The notes under the pieces are model-generated. The model worked only from the letters and a program-made list of their open reading frames with translations. It did not search any database and was not told the DNA's origin. A DNA stretch of 64,000 nt from Patescibacteria group bacterium (GTDB lineage Bacteria; Patescibacteriota; Patescibacteriia; UM-FILTER-42-10). The DNA is taken from the NCBI GenBank assembly GCA_041666845.1, contig JBAYGC010000005.1, positions 584 through 64,583 on the forward strand, given 5' to 3'. Shown here one piece after another: positions 21,330 through 30,974 of the stretch. Numbering within the stretch: position 1 is the first letter of the stretch; each line of letters begins with the position of its first letter. Position numbers and translations under genes: made by a program.

Positions 21330-21593
21330 TTATTTGAAAGCGATTATCTGGAAACCGTATTTATCTACTTCTGCTTCGGTCCAGAAATTTTGGTCTTTGG
21401 TCTTAATAACGTGAGTAACCTCTTTTTCTATTTTCCGACCTGAATATTTTTTGGTCTGAGGATCCCATTCTTTCAATACCAGAAGATCGCCCGGCTGACA
21501 GTCGAAATCAGCCAATCGGAGTTCATATTTTTTGTCCCCGTCCATTATTTTTTGAAAATATTCAGGCCAAATTTTCTTTTCAATTTTTTTCAT
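21330..21593 (-). CDS. DUF3850-like (ASCH/PUA-like) small protein
   Basis: KIWPEYFQKIMDGDKKYELRLADFDCQPGDLLVLKEWD resembles the DUF3850 N-terminal signature. Confidence 0.45.
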   Translation of the reverse strand: MKKIEKKIWPEYFQKIMDGDKKYELRLADFDCQPGDLLVLKEWDPQTKKYSGRKIEKEVTHVIKTKDQNFWTEAEVDKYGFQIIAFK

Positions 21594-21623
21594 GTGAGCA
21601 ATGTTTGTGATACGGGTAAAGCC

Positions 21624-22316
21624 CTATGTCTTCTCAACCTTCTTTTTAATTTCTTCCAGAATTTCGATCTGCATTTCCTGTATCTGCATCATTTTTGACC
21701 ATTGATCCAGAAGCAGATGATCCACTTTCTCGTGCAGTGTCCGTATTTCGATTTCCGATTTTAAATTGACCTTGTAATCATTTTCCGATCTGATTCGGTC
21801 TTTCTTCTCCTGCCGGTTCTGACTCATCATAATGATCGGCGCTTGAATAGCGGCGATGCAGGATAAGATTAAGTTCATCAAAATGAAGGGGTAGGGGTCG
21901 AATGGCTTCTTCAGAATAAGCATACTGTTTAATGAGATCCACCCGAATAATATAATGAAAAATATAATAATGAATTTCCAACTGCCGCCGAACAGTGCGA
22001 CTCTGTCAGAAATCTTATCACCTAATTTCAAATCTTCTTTTGCCAGGACATTATCATTTTCTGTAATTGTTTCATTTTCTTTTATACTTTTTAACACTTC
22101 ATTCTGCAGATTCTGAATATTTCCCGTTTCTTCTTTGATGATGTTTAGTATGTATTTATCTCGGTATTTGTTGTAATCATCTTTACAAATCTTATTTGTA
22201 TCCGACCAGTCCGGAAAATCAATTCGAATCAAAGATTCAATCTCATGCCGGATGCCATGTCCTGATATCAGATCATCAGCTGAAAATGTTTTTTTACAAA
22301 TGTCACAAGTATTCAT
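21624..22316 (-). CDS. DUF1003-family membrane protein with N-terminal zinc-ribbon-like CxxC
   Basis: FGGSWKFIIIFFIILFGWISLN...PFDPYPFILMNLILSCIAAIQAPIIMMSQNRQ is the DUF1003 core. Followed by a C-terminal coiled coil. Confidence 0.6.
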   Translation of the reverse strand: MNTCDICKKTFSADDLISGHGIRHEIESLIRIDFPDWSDTNKICKDDYNKYRDKYILNIIKEETGNIQNLQNEVLKSIKENETITENDNVLAKEDLKLGDKISDRVALFGGSWKFIIIFFIILFGWISLNSMLILKKPFDPYPFILMNLILSCIAAIQAPIIMMSQNRQEKKDRIRSENDYKVNLKSEIEIRTLHEKVDHLLLDQWSKMMQIQEMQIEILEEIKKKVEKT

Positions 22317-22338
22317 ATTAGTGGCCTCCCATTATTTT

Positions 22339-22833
22339 TTAAACCACTTTGGCATAAAGATACGCGTCGTGTAGTTCATCACCGCGCCGCGCCGCTTTGC
22401 GCATAATGCCTTCTTTTTTGTATCCGCATTTGATCGCTACTTTCTGACTGCCGGAATTTTTAGTATTCATCTTGATTTCGATCCTGACAAGTTTCATTTT
22501 TTTGAATCCTATTTTTTCCAACTGTTTTACCGCTTTGGTGGTGATACCTCTGCCCCAGTAGGCCTCGTCTAGAAAATAACCGATCTCTCCGCACTGTTTA
22601 TTGTCGGGGTTGATTTTGATTCCGCAACCGCCTACCATCTTTGTATCGTACATGATAGCGAAGTGCTGGTTCAGACTCTTTTTATTCTGCTTGGCGTGTT
22701 TCTGAAGTATCTTTCTTTCTGCTTCAATTGATTTTGGGCAGATCCGGAAATAAATAAAATTGGGGTTGTTTAATATTTCATAAAACCTTTTGGCGTCGGA
22801 TACTTTCTGTTTGCGGATTGTTACTTTGGGCAT
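22339..22833 (-). CDS. GNAT-family N-acetyltransferase (RimJ/RimL-like)
   Basis: Acetyl-CoA binding motif (QCGEIGYFLDEAYWGRGITTKAVKQL). Start taken at internal ATG (MPKVTIRK). Confidence 0.75.
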   Translation of the reverse strand: MPKVTIRKQKVSDAKRFYEILNNPNFIYFRICPKSIEAERKILQKHAKQNKKSLNQHFAIMYDTKMVGGCGIKINPDNKQCGEIGYFLDEAYWGRGITTKAVKQLEKIGFKKMKLVRIEIKMNTKNSGSQKVAIKCGYKKEGIMRKAARRGDELHDAYLYAKVV

Positions 22834-22834
22834 G

Positions 22835-23059
22835 CTATTTATGCATTTGATTTGGATGATTACCGTTGCCTTCCTCAATAATTTTTATGATAATTAATGA
22901 GATTACGGAGGCGACAAGTATAACACCTAGTGTGCTTAGTGCTTTCCAGGCAACATCATCATTGTATACACCCCAAATAGAAAGTATGGATAATGTTGCC
23001 ATCAAAATGACGGCCATGGTAAGTATAATCGCTACCCATCTTCGGGCTGTTTTTAGCAT
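22835..23059 (-). CDS. Small membrane protein (2 TM)
   Basis: 74 aa, hydrophobic. Its stop abuts the start of the GNAT gene, suggesting translational coupling. Confidence 0.45.
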   Translation of the reverse strand: MLKTARRWVAIILTMAVILMATLSILSIWGVYNDDVAWKALSTLGVILVASVISLIIIKIIEEGNGNHPNQMHK

Positions 23060-23169
23060 AGTATTTTTGAATTATTGATTTAAGTCTTCGGAATATGAGG
23101 CTTTAGCTTTATATGAGGTAAGGCTAAAGCCTTACATTCCATTACCATTTAATTTTTAATGTCTTCAAA

Positions 23170-24258
23170 CTAGTTATCACTTTTTGCTGAAGCTTGTTGA
23201 ATCCGCCGACAGCGTTCCAGGTGATAGTCATAAAAAACACATCCTTCGCCAATACAGCTGGTACGTGGGCAGACGGTGGCAAGTTGGTTCGGATCAATCG
23301 CTTTTTTTAAAATTTCCTTAATTTCTTCTAAGCTCAATCTGGTTGGCGTCACGCCCTCCGGTGCGATCCCGCCGTTCTGAATGCTATTGGCAGTGGTGTC
23401 ATAATACCATTCTTCCACCCCCTTCAGGCGAGCGGATTTTGCCAGTTCATCAATGCTGGTGATTTCTAAGATAGCATCTTTCTTGCGTGCCTCTTCTATC
23501 CGGAGCATGACAGCGACGTCTTTGAGGTTGATGTCGCGCATTTGCCTGGTAATCAAGTTGGTGTGTCCCGTAGAAAGTCTTTGTACGACTACATCCGCTT
23601 TAGTGTCCGGATTTGCCCGCAAAAAACCCACCAGACTAATATCATCATTTTCTACGACCACGATTTTTACCAGTTTCTTACCCTGGAATACTTCAAACTG
23701 GTCGGTCTTTTTTTCCTGCTGGAGTTTTTCCCATTCCTGCGGAAGAACGGTCATTCTTTTGCGTTCCTCGCGGTAGTGTGAAACAAAAATCGGCATGACA
23801 ATATTGATAATCTTCTGCGGCTCACTTTGGTATTCGCGGTTCAGGTTCATAATCAGGCCGGAAAGGCCGAAAGCCCGGTCGATCGGGTCGCTCGAGATAA
23901 TCCCTTTTCCTTCCAGATCGTCTCTTTTGACATAAGTAATCAGTTTCTTCAGTGCTGGGTCATTTTCCACACCTAGGAATTTTGCCACCAAAGTAGTGGC
24001 ACATTCTCCCGTGTTATCTTTACCGCCTTCCTCGGTGTGGTGGTCAAATTTTCCGCCACCCATGTCGATGAGTAAAATACCCTCGCTTTCCAGTTCATCA
24101 GTATTCCTGCCTTCCGGAACACTGTTCCAGAATTCAATCTTGCTGTTTCTAACCCCCGGGAACTTTTCTTCGCCAAAAAGCTTCAATAACATAATCGCTA
24201 CGATATTGTCCGGATGCGGACGGGGAAAGATTACGATTGTATGGATTGGTTGGGACAT
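23170..24258 (-). CDS. MYG1/UPF0160-family metal-dependent hydrolase (putative 3'-5' exoribonuclease) with C-terminal Cys-rich zinc-ribbon
   Basis: N-terminal H-P-D-N-I-V-A-x-x-LL matches the MYG1 motif H-x-D-E-A-L-A-x-x-LL. LLIDMGGGKFDHH matches MYG1 VVDVGGEYD...YDHHQ. C-terminus is CPRTSCIGEGCVFYDYHLERC. Host-like GC. Confidence 0.6.
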   Translation of the reverse strand: MSQPIHTIVIFPRPHPDNIVAIMLLKLFGEEKFPGVRNSKIEFWNSVPEGRNTDELESEGILLIDMGGGKFDHHTEEGGKDNTGECATTLVAKFLGVENDPALKKLITYVKRDDLEGKGIISSDPIDRAFGLSGLIMNLNREYQSEPQKIINIVMPIFVSHYREERKRMTVLPQEWEKLQQEKKTDQFEVFQGKKLVKIVVVENDDISLVGFLRANPDTKADVVVQRLSTGHTNLITRQMRDINLKDVAVMLRIEEARKKDAILEITSIDELAKSARLKGVEEWYYDTTANSIQNGGIAPEGVTPTRLSLEEIKEILKKAIDPNQLATVCPRTSCIGEGCVFYDYHLERCRRIQQASAKSDN

Positions 24259-24560
24259 GGGGTTTTTATACTGTCATCAAAGTAATTACTGAATGTCACT
24301 TCGACCGTAGTGGACCCGCCTCGCGTCGACGAGTAGAAGCGAGTCGAGGCGGGGAAGTCTATAGATTTCTCGGCTTCGTCTTGCTTTGCGCGACTACGCT
24401 CGAAATGACACACAGGAGGGAAGTAATGGTTTCATACATAAGTATAACGCAAAAAGCTTTATAAAAAAAGTAGGCCCCCGGAGTAAATCATCATGCAGAA
24501 TTGCAGACGAAATACTCGCGGGGGCACAGGGGTGAAAGAGCGAAACGATGCTGGCGAACG

Positions 24561-25616
24561 CTAGCGGATGGTTTCCTTCACCAGGTCGATGAAGGTCTCC
24601 GCGCGCCGGCCGGTCGGAGTGGTGTTGCGAGCGCCACCCGAACCGTTGAGGATCGCGTTGATCCTCGTGTCATAGAACCAGAGGTCCTTCGCGTCACGGC
24701 CGTCGGTGCGGTAGGCACTCTCGGTCGCGATGATGACGTCGTACAGTCGGTTCAGGTTGATCCGCGGCTGGACCCGGTTGGAGGTCAGGATGACGATCCG
24801 CTTGGAACGACTGACTACGATGATCAGGTCGACCCGACCATCGTTGAGGAGGGCGCGGGGGACACGGGTGTCGTCGGTGTGGATCAACACACCGCGTTGA
24901 TCCCGACCACTGGACTTGAAGACGAACTTCGTCGTGTCCTTGTGGTCGAGGATGTCGATCGCCTTGTCCTTGGCCACCTCGTTGGCGGCCTTGCACTTGG
25001 CGAACACCTCGCGCCACCAACGAGCCTCGCGGAGGATCTCACTGTCGGTGGCGCCGGTGATCATCAGGTTACGGATGTAGCCTGCCATACACCAGGGGGA
25101 CTCGTGGTTGCCCAGATGCTGGACGAGCGTCTGGACGTCGGGATGCCGACGGTCCACGGGGACCTTCAGCTCCTTGCCGATGCTGTTGACGTAGGCGTCG
25201 ATCACGCGGAAGATCCGCGAGATGACGGTCATGGGGGCATACCCTTGCTTGTACATCTCCCGAAGGAGCCATACGAGCGAGTAGGGCAGACCCTTAAGTC
25301 CACCCGTCTCGTTGTTCTCGTTGCAGATCGCAACGAGCGGGATCAGGCGGTGACTGCGAACCTTCAGGGTCTCGGCGACGATCTCCGTCGCGGAACCCTT
25401 ACCGGCCACTTGGTACTTGTACGGACCGATGTCGATGATGAACATGCGGTCCCGCTGCCACTCGTCGATCTGGGACTGTTCCGGCTGGAACTCGCCCGAG
25501 AGCACGAGGTTGAGGTCTTCGAGCTTCGTGACCGTGAACCTGCAGTACAGGTACAGGGCGACGATCTTGTCGAACACCGGACGAGCGGGGATGACGACGC
25601 CAGTAAACCGCTTCAT
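24561..25616 (-). CDS. Divergent, probably catalytically inactive paralogue of the adjacent MYG1/UPF0160-like protein (GC ~60%)
   Basis: Collinear with 23170..24258 (PARP/FPRP N-terminus, FIIDIG vs LLIDMG, FYDTRINAILNGSGGARNTTPTGR vs YYDTTANSIQNGGIAPEGVTPTR). It lacks both His motifs (VFD for HPD, GPYKYQ for GGGKFDHH). Strong SD AAGGAG sits 6 nt upstream of ATG at 25616. The antisense 407-aa ORF was rejected. Confidence 0.7.
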   Translation of the reverse strand: MKRFTGVVIPARPVFDKIVALYLYCRFTVTKLEDLNLVLSGEFQPEQSQIDEWQRDRMFIIDIGPYKYQVAGKGSATEIVAETLKVRSHRLIPLVAICNENNETGGLKGLPYSLVWLLREMYKQGYAPMTVISRIFRVIDAYVNSIGKELKVPVDRRHPDVQTLVQHLGNHESPWCMAGYIRNLMITGATDSEILREARWWREVFAKCKAANEVAKDKAIDILDHKDTTKFVFKSSGRDQRGVLIHTDDTRVPRALLNDGRVDLIIVVSRSKRIVILTSNRVQPRINLNRLYDVIIATESAYRTDGRDAKDLWFYDTRINAILNGSGGARNTTPTGRRAETFIDLVKETIR

Positions 25617-25865
25617 GGCTTTCTCCTTCGGCCAGAAGTAGGTGCACATGTGTCTCGGGAATCGAGACGGTCATGTTTTCAAGGAGCGGATCTCCTTGTT
25701 GGAGCCCGCGATCACTTACAGTGATCCTAGGCTCAAACAAAAAGCTTTCAGTGTACACATGGAGAGACTCTGAAAGCGCTGAATGTTGACATAGCTCTCT
25801 CCTCTGTCCTCCGTAGTGCCGCGAATGCGGTACGAAGGAGTGACAGAATTCTATGTTAACAGGCC

Positions 25866-25985
25866 AGTATACACCCAAAAGGGGGTTTTGTCAACCCCGT
25901 TAGAGAAACTTCTCTAACGGGGTCAAGACTGTGTGGGCTAATTTTAGCTAATGTTAGCAATTAATTAATTTGATGGATTCCCGGA
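25866..25985 (-). promoter_or_regulatory. Inverted Q-module with promoter TTGACA-17-TATACT pointing leftward toward 24561..25616
   Basis: Its reverse complement aligns with 18966-19056. -35 is at 25889-25894 and -10 at 25866-25871, both on the minus strand. Confidence 0.6.
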
Positions 25986-26098
25986 TCCCCGGCCGCCTAA
26001 CTGCCGTTAGGCAGTGGGGCAGGCAAGCCCGAGAATGACAAATAATACACCCCACCCCTGTCATTCCGGAATCCGACGAGAGGAGGATATCCGGAATC
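25975..26098 (+). repeat. P-module copy (MITE-like, TIR GGATTCCCGG...CCGGAATC)
   Basis: Core identical to 18864-18925 except one base. The right-end hairpin ATTCCGG...CCGGAAT is present. Confidence 0.75.
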
Positions 26099-26109
26099 TA
26101 TCTTAATCC

Positions 26110-26190
26110 GCTCAAGCGCTCCGACAAGCGACCTGTCTAGGATTATAGTAATATGGTTTTCTGGAGAACTGAACCCCACCCTTAACCTTT
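26110..26190 (-). repeat. R-module copy in inverted orientation, abutting the uvrC start
   Basis: The reverse complement (CTCCAGAAAACCATATTACTATAATCCTAGACAGGTCGCTTGTCGGAG) aligns with 17497-17545 and 18800-18845. Confidence 0.55.
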
Positions 26191-26219
26191 AGGCAATAGA
26201 CAAGTATAATTAAAACACC

Positions 26220-27983
26220 ATGCAGAAAAAACTGGAAAACATACCACAAAAACCGGGGGTCTATTTTTTCAAAGACGGGAAGAATAATATTCTTTATATC
26301 GGCAAGGCGACGAACCTGAAAAGCAGGGTGCGTTCCTATTTCCAGAAATCCGCTTCCTTGGAAATTACTAAACAGATCATGGTGCAGAAAGCGGTGGACG
26401 TAGATTATGTAATTGTAGACTCGCCGACAGAGGCACTACTACTCGAATCCAGCTTAATCAAAAGATACAAACCGCCGTATAATATTAATCTTAAAGATGA
26501 CAAATATTTTGTTTATCTGAAGGTGACACTGGAAGAGGAGTTTCCGCGGGTACTAACGGTGCGACGGGTGGAAAAAGATAAAAACCGCTATTTCGGCCCA
26601 TATGCATCCGCCACAGCGGTCAAAAACACTTTGCATCTATTGAAAAGGATATTCCCGTACAAGATTTGTAAAAATCCTCCAGAGCAACCGTGTCTGGGTT
26701 ATCACATCGGCAGGTGCCTTGGGCATGTTACAGATGTAAATACGAAGAAAGATTACCAGCAGATCGTCCAGGGTGTTCTAAACTTTCTGGAAGGAAAAAA
26801 TACCAAGATTGTTTCCGATCTGAAATCCGAAATGAAACTGGCAGCCAAGCAGAAGAGATTCGAAAAGGCGGCCAGGCTACGCGATCAGATTTTTTCCATC
26901 GGATCGGTAATGGAAAGACAGAAAGTGGTGTCCACCAAAAAAGAAAACCAGGATTATATCAGCATTGCCCGTACTGAAAGTATCGCCGCAATCAACCTGT
27001 TTATGGTACGCGAAGGAAAACTGATCCATCAGGAAAGCTTTCTACTGGAGCATGTGAAAAACCGGCCGGATGAAAAATTGCTGGAGTCTTTTTTGAGCCA
27101 GTATTATTCACAAGTTTCCCAATTCCCAAAACAGATATTTATTCCGGTGGGGCTAAACGATGCTGAAATACTGGAACAGTTCACCAAAGCAAAAATTTCT
27201 GTGCCAAAAAGAGGAAAAAAACAAAAGCTGATCAAACTGGGTGCGGTAAATGCTGAGCAGTATTTGCGACGACATGAATTGGAAGTTGCTAGTCGTGACC
27301 AGATCGGCATGAAGGCGATTCAGGAGCTCGCGGAAAAGCTGGGTTTGAAAAAACCCCCGCACCGGATTGAGGCATACGACATATCCAATATCCAAGGGAC
27401 AAACGCAGTCGGTTCCATGGTGGTTTTTACCGACGGTCTGCCGAATAAAGCACAGTATCGCAAATTTAAAATCAAGACTGTCAAAGGTGCAAACGATCCC
27501 GCAATGATGCGTGAGGTTTTGAGCCGGAGGTTTGAAAAAGTCAAAACAGAGATGAAAAACCGCTGGCTGTTGCCGGATCTGGTTATTCTGGACGGGGGAA
27601 AGGGGCAGTTGAGTTCTGGAGTTTCAGTCTTTGCGCGTAGTGGAATTAAAATCCCGATTGTTGCGCTGGCCAAGCAGGAAGAAGAAATATTTATTCCGGG
27701 GAAAAGTGAATCAATCAGGATCTCCCATGATTCGGAAAGTTTGAAACTACTACAAAGAATCCGTGATGAAGCGCACCGTTTTGCAATCGGATTTTATCGT
27801 TCAAGACACAGGAAGGCAACACACCGTTCGCTTTTGGACGAGATCCCGGGAGTCGGTCCCGTATTAAAGAAAAAACTGATCCTGGAATTTGGTTCAGTGC
27901 AGGGGATTCGTGAGGCAAGCGGACAGGAGTTAGAAAAAATATTAGGAAAAAATTTAGCCAAAAATATTAAACAATATATTTAA
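26220..27983 (+). CDS. uvrC: Excinuclease ABC subunit C
   Basis: GIY-YIG (GVYFFKDGKNNILYIGKATNLKSRVRSY), a UvrBC-interaction region, RNase H-like domain and a C-terminal HhH. Confidence 0.95.
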   Translation: MQKKLENIPQKPGVYFFKDGKNNILYIGKATNLKSRVRSYFQKSASLEITKQIMVQKAVDVDYVIVDSPTEALLLESSLIKRYKPPYNINLKDDKYFVYLKVTLEEEFPRVLTVRRVEKDKNRYFGPYASATAVKNTLHLLKRIFPYKICKNPPEQPCLGYHIGRCLGHVTDVNTKKDYQQIVQGVLNFLEGKNTKIVSDLKSEMKLAAKQKRFEKAARLRDQIFSIGSVMERQKVVSTKKENQDYISIARTESIAAINLFMVREGKLIHQESFLLEHVKNRPDEKLLESFLSQYYSQVSQFPKQIFIPVGLNDAEILEQFTKAKISVPKRGKKQKLIKLGAVNAEQYLRRHELEVASRDQIGMKAIQELAEKLGLKKPPHRIEAYDISNIQGTNAVGSMVVFTDGLPNKAQYRKFKIKTVKGANDPAMMREVLSRRFEKVKTEMKNRWLLPDLVILDGGKGQLSSGVSVFARSGIKIPIVALAKQEEEIFIPGKSESIRISHDSESLKLLQRIRDEAHRFAIGFYRSRHRKATHRSLLDEIPGVGPVLKKKLILEFGSVQGIREASGQELEKILGKNLAKNIKQYI

Positions 27984-28438
27984 TGACTGAACAAAAAGCA
28001 ATTAATAAAAAATTAACCATGTGGAAGAAATGGAGAATTATTATCCTTGTTGCATTATTTCCAGTTATATATAGTATTCCTTTCTCTGTGTTTTGGAGAC
28101 AGATATTATGGGCATATTATATTGGTTATTTAGCAAGCATTGTTGGAGGTTATCTCAAAACAGCATTTTCAAAAGTATTCAGTATTACGAAGTCAGTTGA
28201 AAATGCAAAAGGAAATTCAATAATACGTTCAATAGTATTCATTTTTATTGTAGTGGTGTCTGTATTTATAGGCTGGATATTTATTACGTTGTATATGATA
28301 GTGGATCTTATGATTAGTCAGGGTCAAGGAGATGTGGAATTATGGATGATAATGATTAGCATTTTCAGTTTCTTCAGCCCTACACTATGGCAATTTATCC
28401 GTAGTGGTTTATCTGAGAAACATATAAATAATTCCTGA
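27983..28438 (+). CDS. Membrane protein (4 TM), unknown function
   Basis: Its start overlaps the uvrC stop (TAATG). Hydrophobic. Confidence 0.5.
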   Translation: MTEQKAINKKLTMWKKWRIIILVALFPVIYSIPFSVFWRQILWAYYIGYLASIVGGYLKTAFSKVFSITKSVENAKGNSIIRSIVFIFIVVVSVFIGWIFITLYMIVDLMISQGQGDVELWMIMISIFSFFSPTLWQFIRSGLSEKHINNS

Positions 28439-28638
28439 TTCAAATTATAAAAAAGGAACGTGGACTGATCAGTCCACGTTCCATTGACGGAAAACAATAT
28501 GCCAGCAAAGAAAATAAATATTGAAGAGGAGAGTGAAGCACTGAAAGCAATCCGACGGCAGAAAAAGAAATCACCCAGAATGAAGGTTTCGGGGGGTTCT
28601 GTTCGTGAGCTCGCGAGGATTATTAAAAATAAATCTGT

Positions 28639-28692
28639 AAAAAAGTAACCATTGCCCGATGCATTTATTTCATAAATGCCCGGGTCGCAATG
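28639..28692 (-). terminator. Intrinsic terminator downstream of pcrA (long imperfect palindrome plus T-run on minus strand)
   Basis: CCATTGCCCGATGCATTTAT-TTC-ATAAATGCCCGGGTCGCAATGG. AAAAAAG precedes it on the + strand, giving a T-run on the minus strand. Confidence 0.55.
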
Positions 28693-28707
28693 GTTTCTCT
28701 ATTTCTA

Positions 28708-30813
28708 TCATTGGATATATTTATTGGGTATTTCAGTGATAAAACGGGAGGGGACGGACATTCTGGTGCTACCCCAAATTGTTCTCTGTTCGGTATGCGT
28801 GATGTATACTCTTTTTCTGGCGCGGGTTATTCCGACATAGCAAAGCCTTCGCTCTTCTTCTATTGCACCGGGCTCAAACAAGCTGTTGGTATGGGGGAAG
28901 AGGCCTTCTTCCATGCCGGCCAAAAAGACAACGTCGAATTCCAGACCCTTGGCGTTGTGGGCGGTCATCAGCGTGATACCCGGTTTAGTGCTGTCTAGAA
29001 GGTCAATGCCGTTTACTAAGGAAACTTCTTCCAGATACTGGTGTATTCCATCCAATCCCAAAAGATTGTCAAACTTCTTTGCCACTGATTTTAATTCCAT
29101 AATATTTTCCCAGCGGGTTTCGCCTTCGGGCGTGCCGTCCTGGGTAAATTTTTTATAACCGGTTTTCAAAAGAATCAGATCAATAATCTCTCTCGGCATC
29201 AAATCTTTTGCTTTGTATTTAATATCGTCAATCATTCCGGCAAAATTCTCGAGCGCCAGTGCCGCTCGTTTGGACAGTCCGGCGATCGACTGTGCTTCCA
29301 TGGCTGCTTGCAGGCAGTCAATATTTTTTTCGGCGGCGTACCCGCATAAGACAGACAGTGTCTTTGTTCCGATCCCGCGGGTTGGTTCGTTGATTATTCT
29401 TTTTAAGCTGATAGAGTCTTTCGGTTCGAGTAGTATTCTCAAATAAGCCAGAACATCTTTAATCTCTTTGCGTTCATAAAACCGTACGCCGCCGACAATC
29501 TGGTAGGGCACTCCGTAGTCCAAAAGCGATTCTTCCAAGGCGCGGGACTGGGCGTTGGTTCGGTAGAGGATTACGTATCGTGATAAATCAACATCATTTC
29601 CCCTGATTTTTTTCTGAATTTCGTTTCTGACGGACGGTGACCCGATACGCATGCTTCTTTTGATCCCTTCCACTCGCATGATTGTATCCAGAATCCCCAT
29701 TCCTTGAGATTCCTCTGATTCATAAACTATTTCATCATCGTCATTGTTACTTTCTTCTTTGGGATTTAAACCAAAAATTTCCTTAATAATAAAATCTCCT
29801 TCATCACCCTCGTCGTTAACTTGTTTAACAACTATTTTATGACCTTCAATCTGGTCCGTCCACAATTTCTTGTCAGTTCGGGATGCATTTTTGGCGATAA
29901 CATAGTTGCTGGCGTCGACGATCGTTTTAGTTGAGCGGTAGTTCTGTTCCAAATGGATCACTTTGGCGTCCGGATAATCTTTTTCAAAGTCCAGAATATT
30001 CTGAATGTCCGCTCCGCGGAAGGAATAGATACCCTGCCAGTCATCCCCGACCACACAGAGATTACGGGACCGCTTCGCTAGCAGGTTGGCGAGGACATAC
30101 TGGGCATGATTAGTGTCTTGATATTCATCCACCATAATATATTTAAACCGCTGCTGGTATTTTTCCAGAATTTCCGGGAATTTCTGGAAAAGTTTGACAG
30201 TCAGCATAATCAGGTCGTCAAAATCCAGCGCATTCAGATTTTTTAACTGCCGCTGGTATTCGATATAAGCATCCGCGGCGATCTTTTCCAGATGTTCCTT
30301 GGCTCTGGACTGGAATTCCTGTGGTGTCAGCATATTATCTTTACCCTGATGGCAGATCATACTTAAGATAGTGCGCGGGGAATATTGTTTCGGATCTATA
30401 TGGAGAACTTCAAACACTTCTTTCATCACGGAGTTCTGATCATACTGGTCGTAAATGATGAAATTATTATTGTAGCCCAGCGCTCCGATTTCTTTCCGCA
30501 GTATTCTGACACAGAAAGAATGGAAAGTTCCGACCCAGGGCTGGTTGTCATTGAAAAGCTGGGAGGGGCTGAATTTTGTCCTCAGCAGTTGCTCTACCCT
30601 CTGTCGCATTTCAGTTGCCGCTTTGTTGGTAAAAGTGACGGCCAGCACTGACGATGGCTGTACTTTCATCACGTCTATTAAATAAGCAACCCGATGGACC
30701 AGCGTGCGGGTTTTCCCGGAACCGGCACCGGCTAAAATTAAAACAGGGCCGTCGGTCTGTTTTACTGCTTCCTGTTGCTTGTTATTTAGATCTTTGAGGA
30801 TAGGATTTTCCAT
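28708..30813 (-). CDS. pcrA: ATP-dependent DNA helicase PcrA/UvrD
   Basis: Walker A GAGSGKTRTL. SF1 helicase motifs I-VI across 701 aa. Confidence 0.93.
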   Translation of the reverse strand: MENPILKDLNNKQQEAVKQTDGPVLILAGAGSGKTRTLVHRVAYLIDVMKVQPSSVLAVTFTNKAATEMRQRVEQLLRTKFSPSQLFNDNQPWVGTFHSFCVRILRKEIGALGYNNNFIIYDQYDQNSVMKEVFEVLHIDPKQYSPRTILSMICHQGKDNMLTPQEFQSRAKEHLEKIAADAYIEYQRQLKNLNALDFDDLIMLTVKLFQKFPEILEKYQQRFKYIMVDEYQDTNHAQYVLANLLAKRSRNLCVVGDDWQGIYSFRGADIQNILDFEKDYPDAKVIHLEQNYRSTKTIVDASNYVIAKNASRTDKKLWTDQIEGHKIVVKQVNDEGDEGDFIIKEIFGLNPKEESNNDDDEIVYESEESQGMGILDTIMRVEGIKRSMRIGSPSVRNEIQKKIRGNDVDLSRYVILYRTNAQSRALEESLLDYGVPYQIVGGVRFYERKEIKDVLAYLRILLEPKDSISLKRIINEPTRGIGTKTLSVLCGYAAEKNIDCLQAAMEAQSIAGLSKRAALALENFAGMIDDIKYKAKDLMPREIIDLILLKTGYKKFTQDGTPEGETRWENIMELKSVAKKFDNLLGLDGIHQYLEEVSLVNGIDLLDSTKPGITLMTAHNAKGLEFDVVFLAGMEEGLFPHTNSLFEPGAIEEERRLCYVGITRARKRVYITHTEQRTIWGSTRMSVPSRFITEIPNKYIQ

Positions 30814-30974
30814 ATTGGTTAACCTACTATATCACATTGAGTTAAAAAATCTACTGATTCCACGAGGGTATCCCATACTTTACAAATGACACCCCATATG
30901 TTAGACTAGAGACCAATCGCTTTCCAGTAATAAAATATAGGACAAATTAAATCTTTATTTTTTTTGCGAAATTA

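Noticed and set aside
24231-24413. 60-aa GTG-start ORF overlapping the start of 23170..24258
   Set aside because: No RBS. It overlaps the real gene start and lies in a GC-rich hairpin region.
24501-25724. 407-aa plus-strand ORF antisense to the GC-rich MYG1-like paralogue
   Set aside because: The opposite-strand product aligns along its length with the neighbouring 362-aa protein. The plus-strand translation is low-complexity (Asp/Val/Gly/Arg-rich) with no SD.
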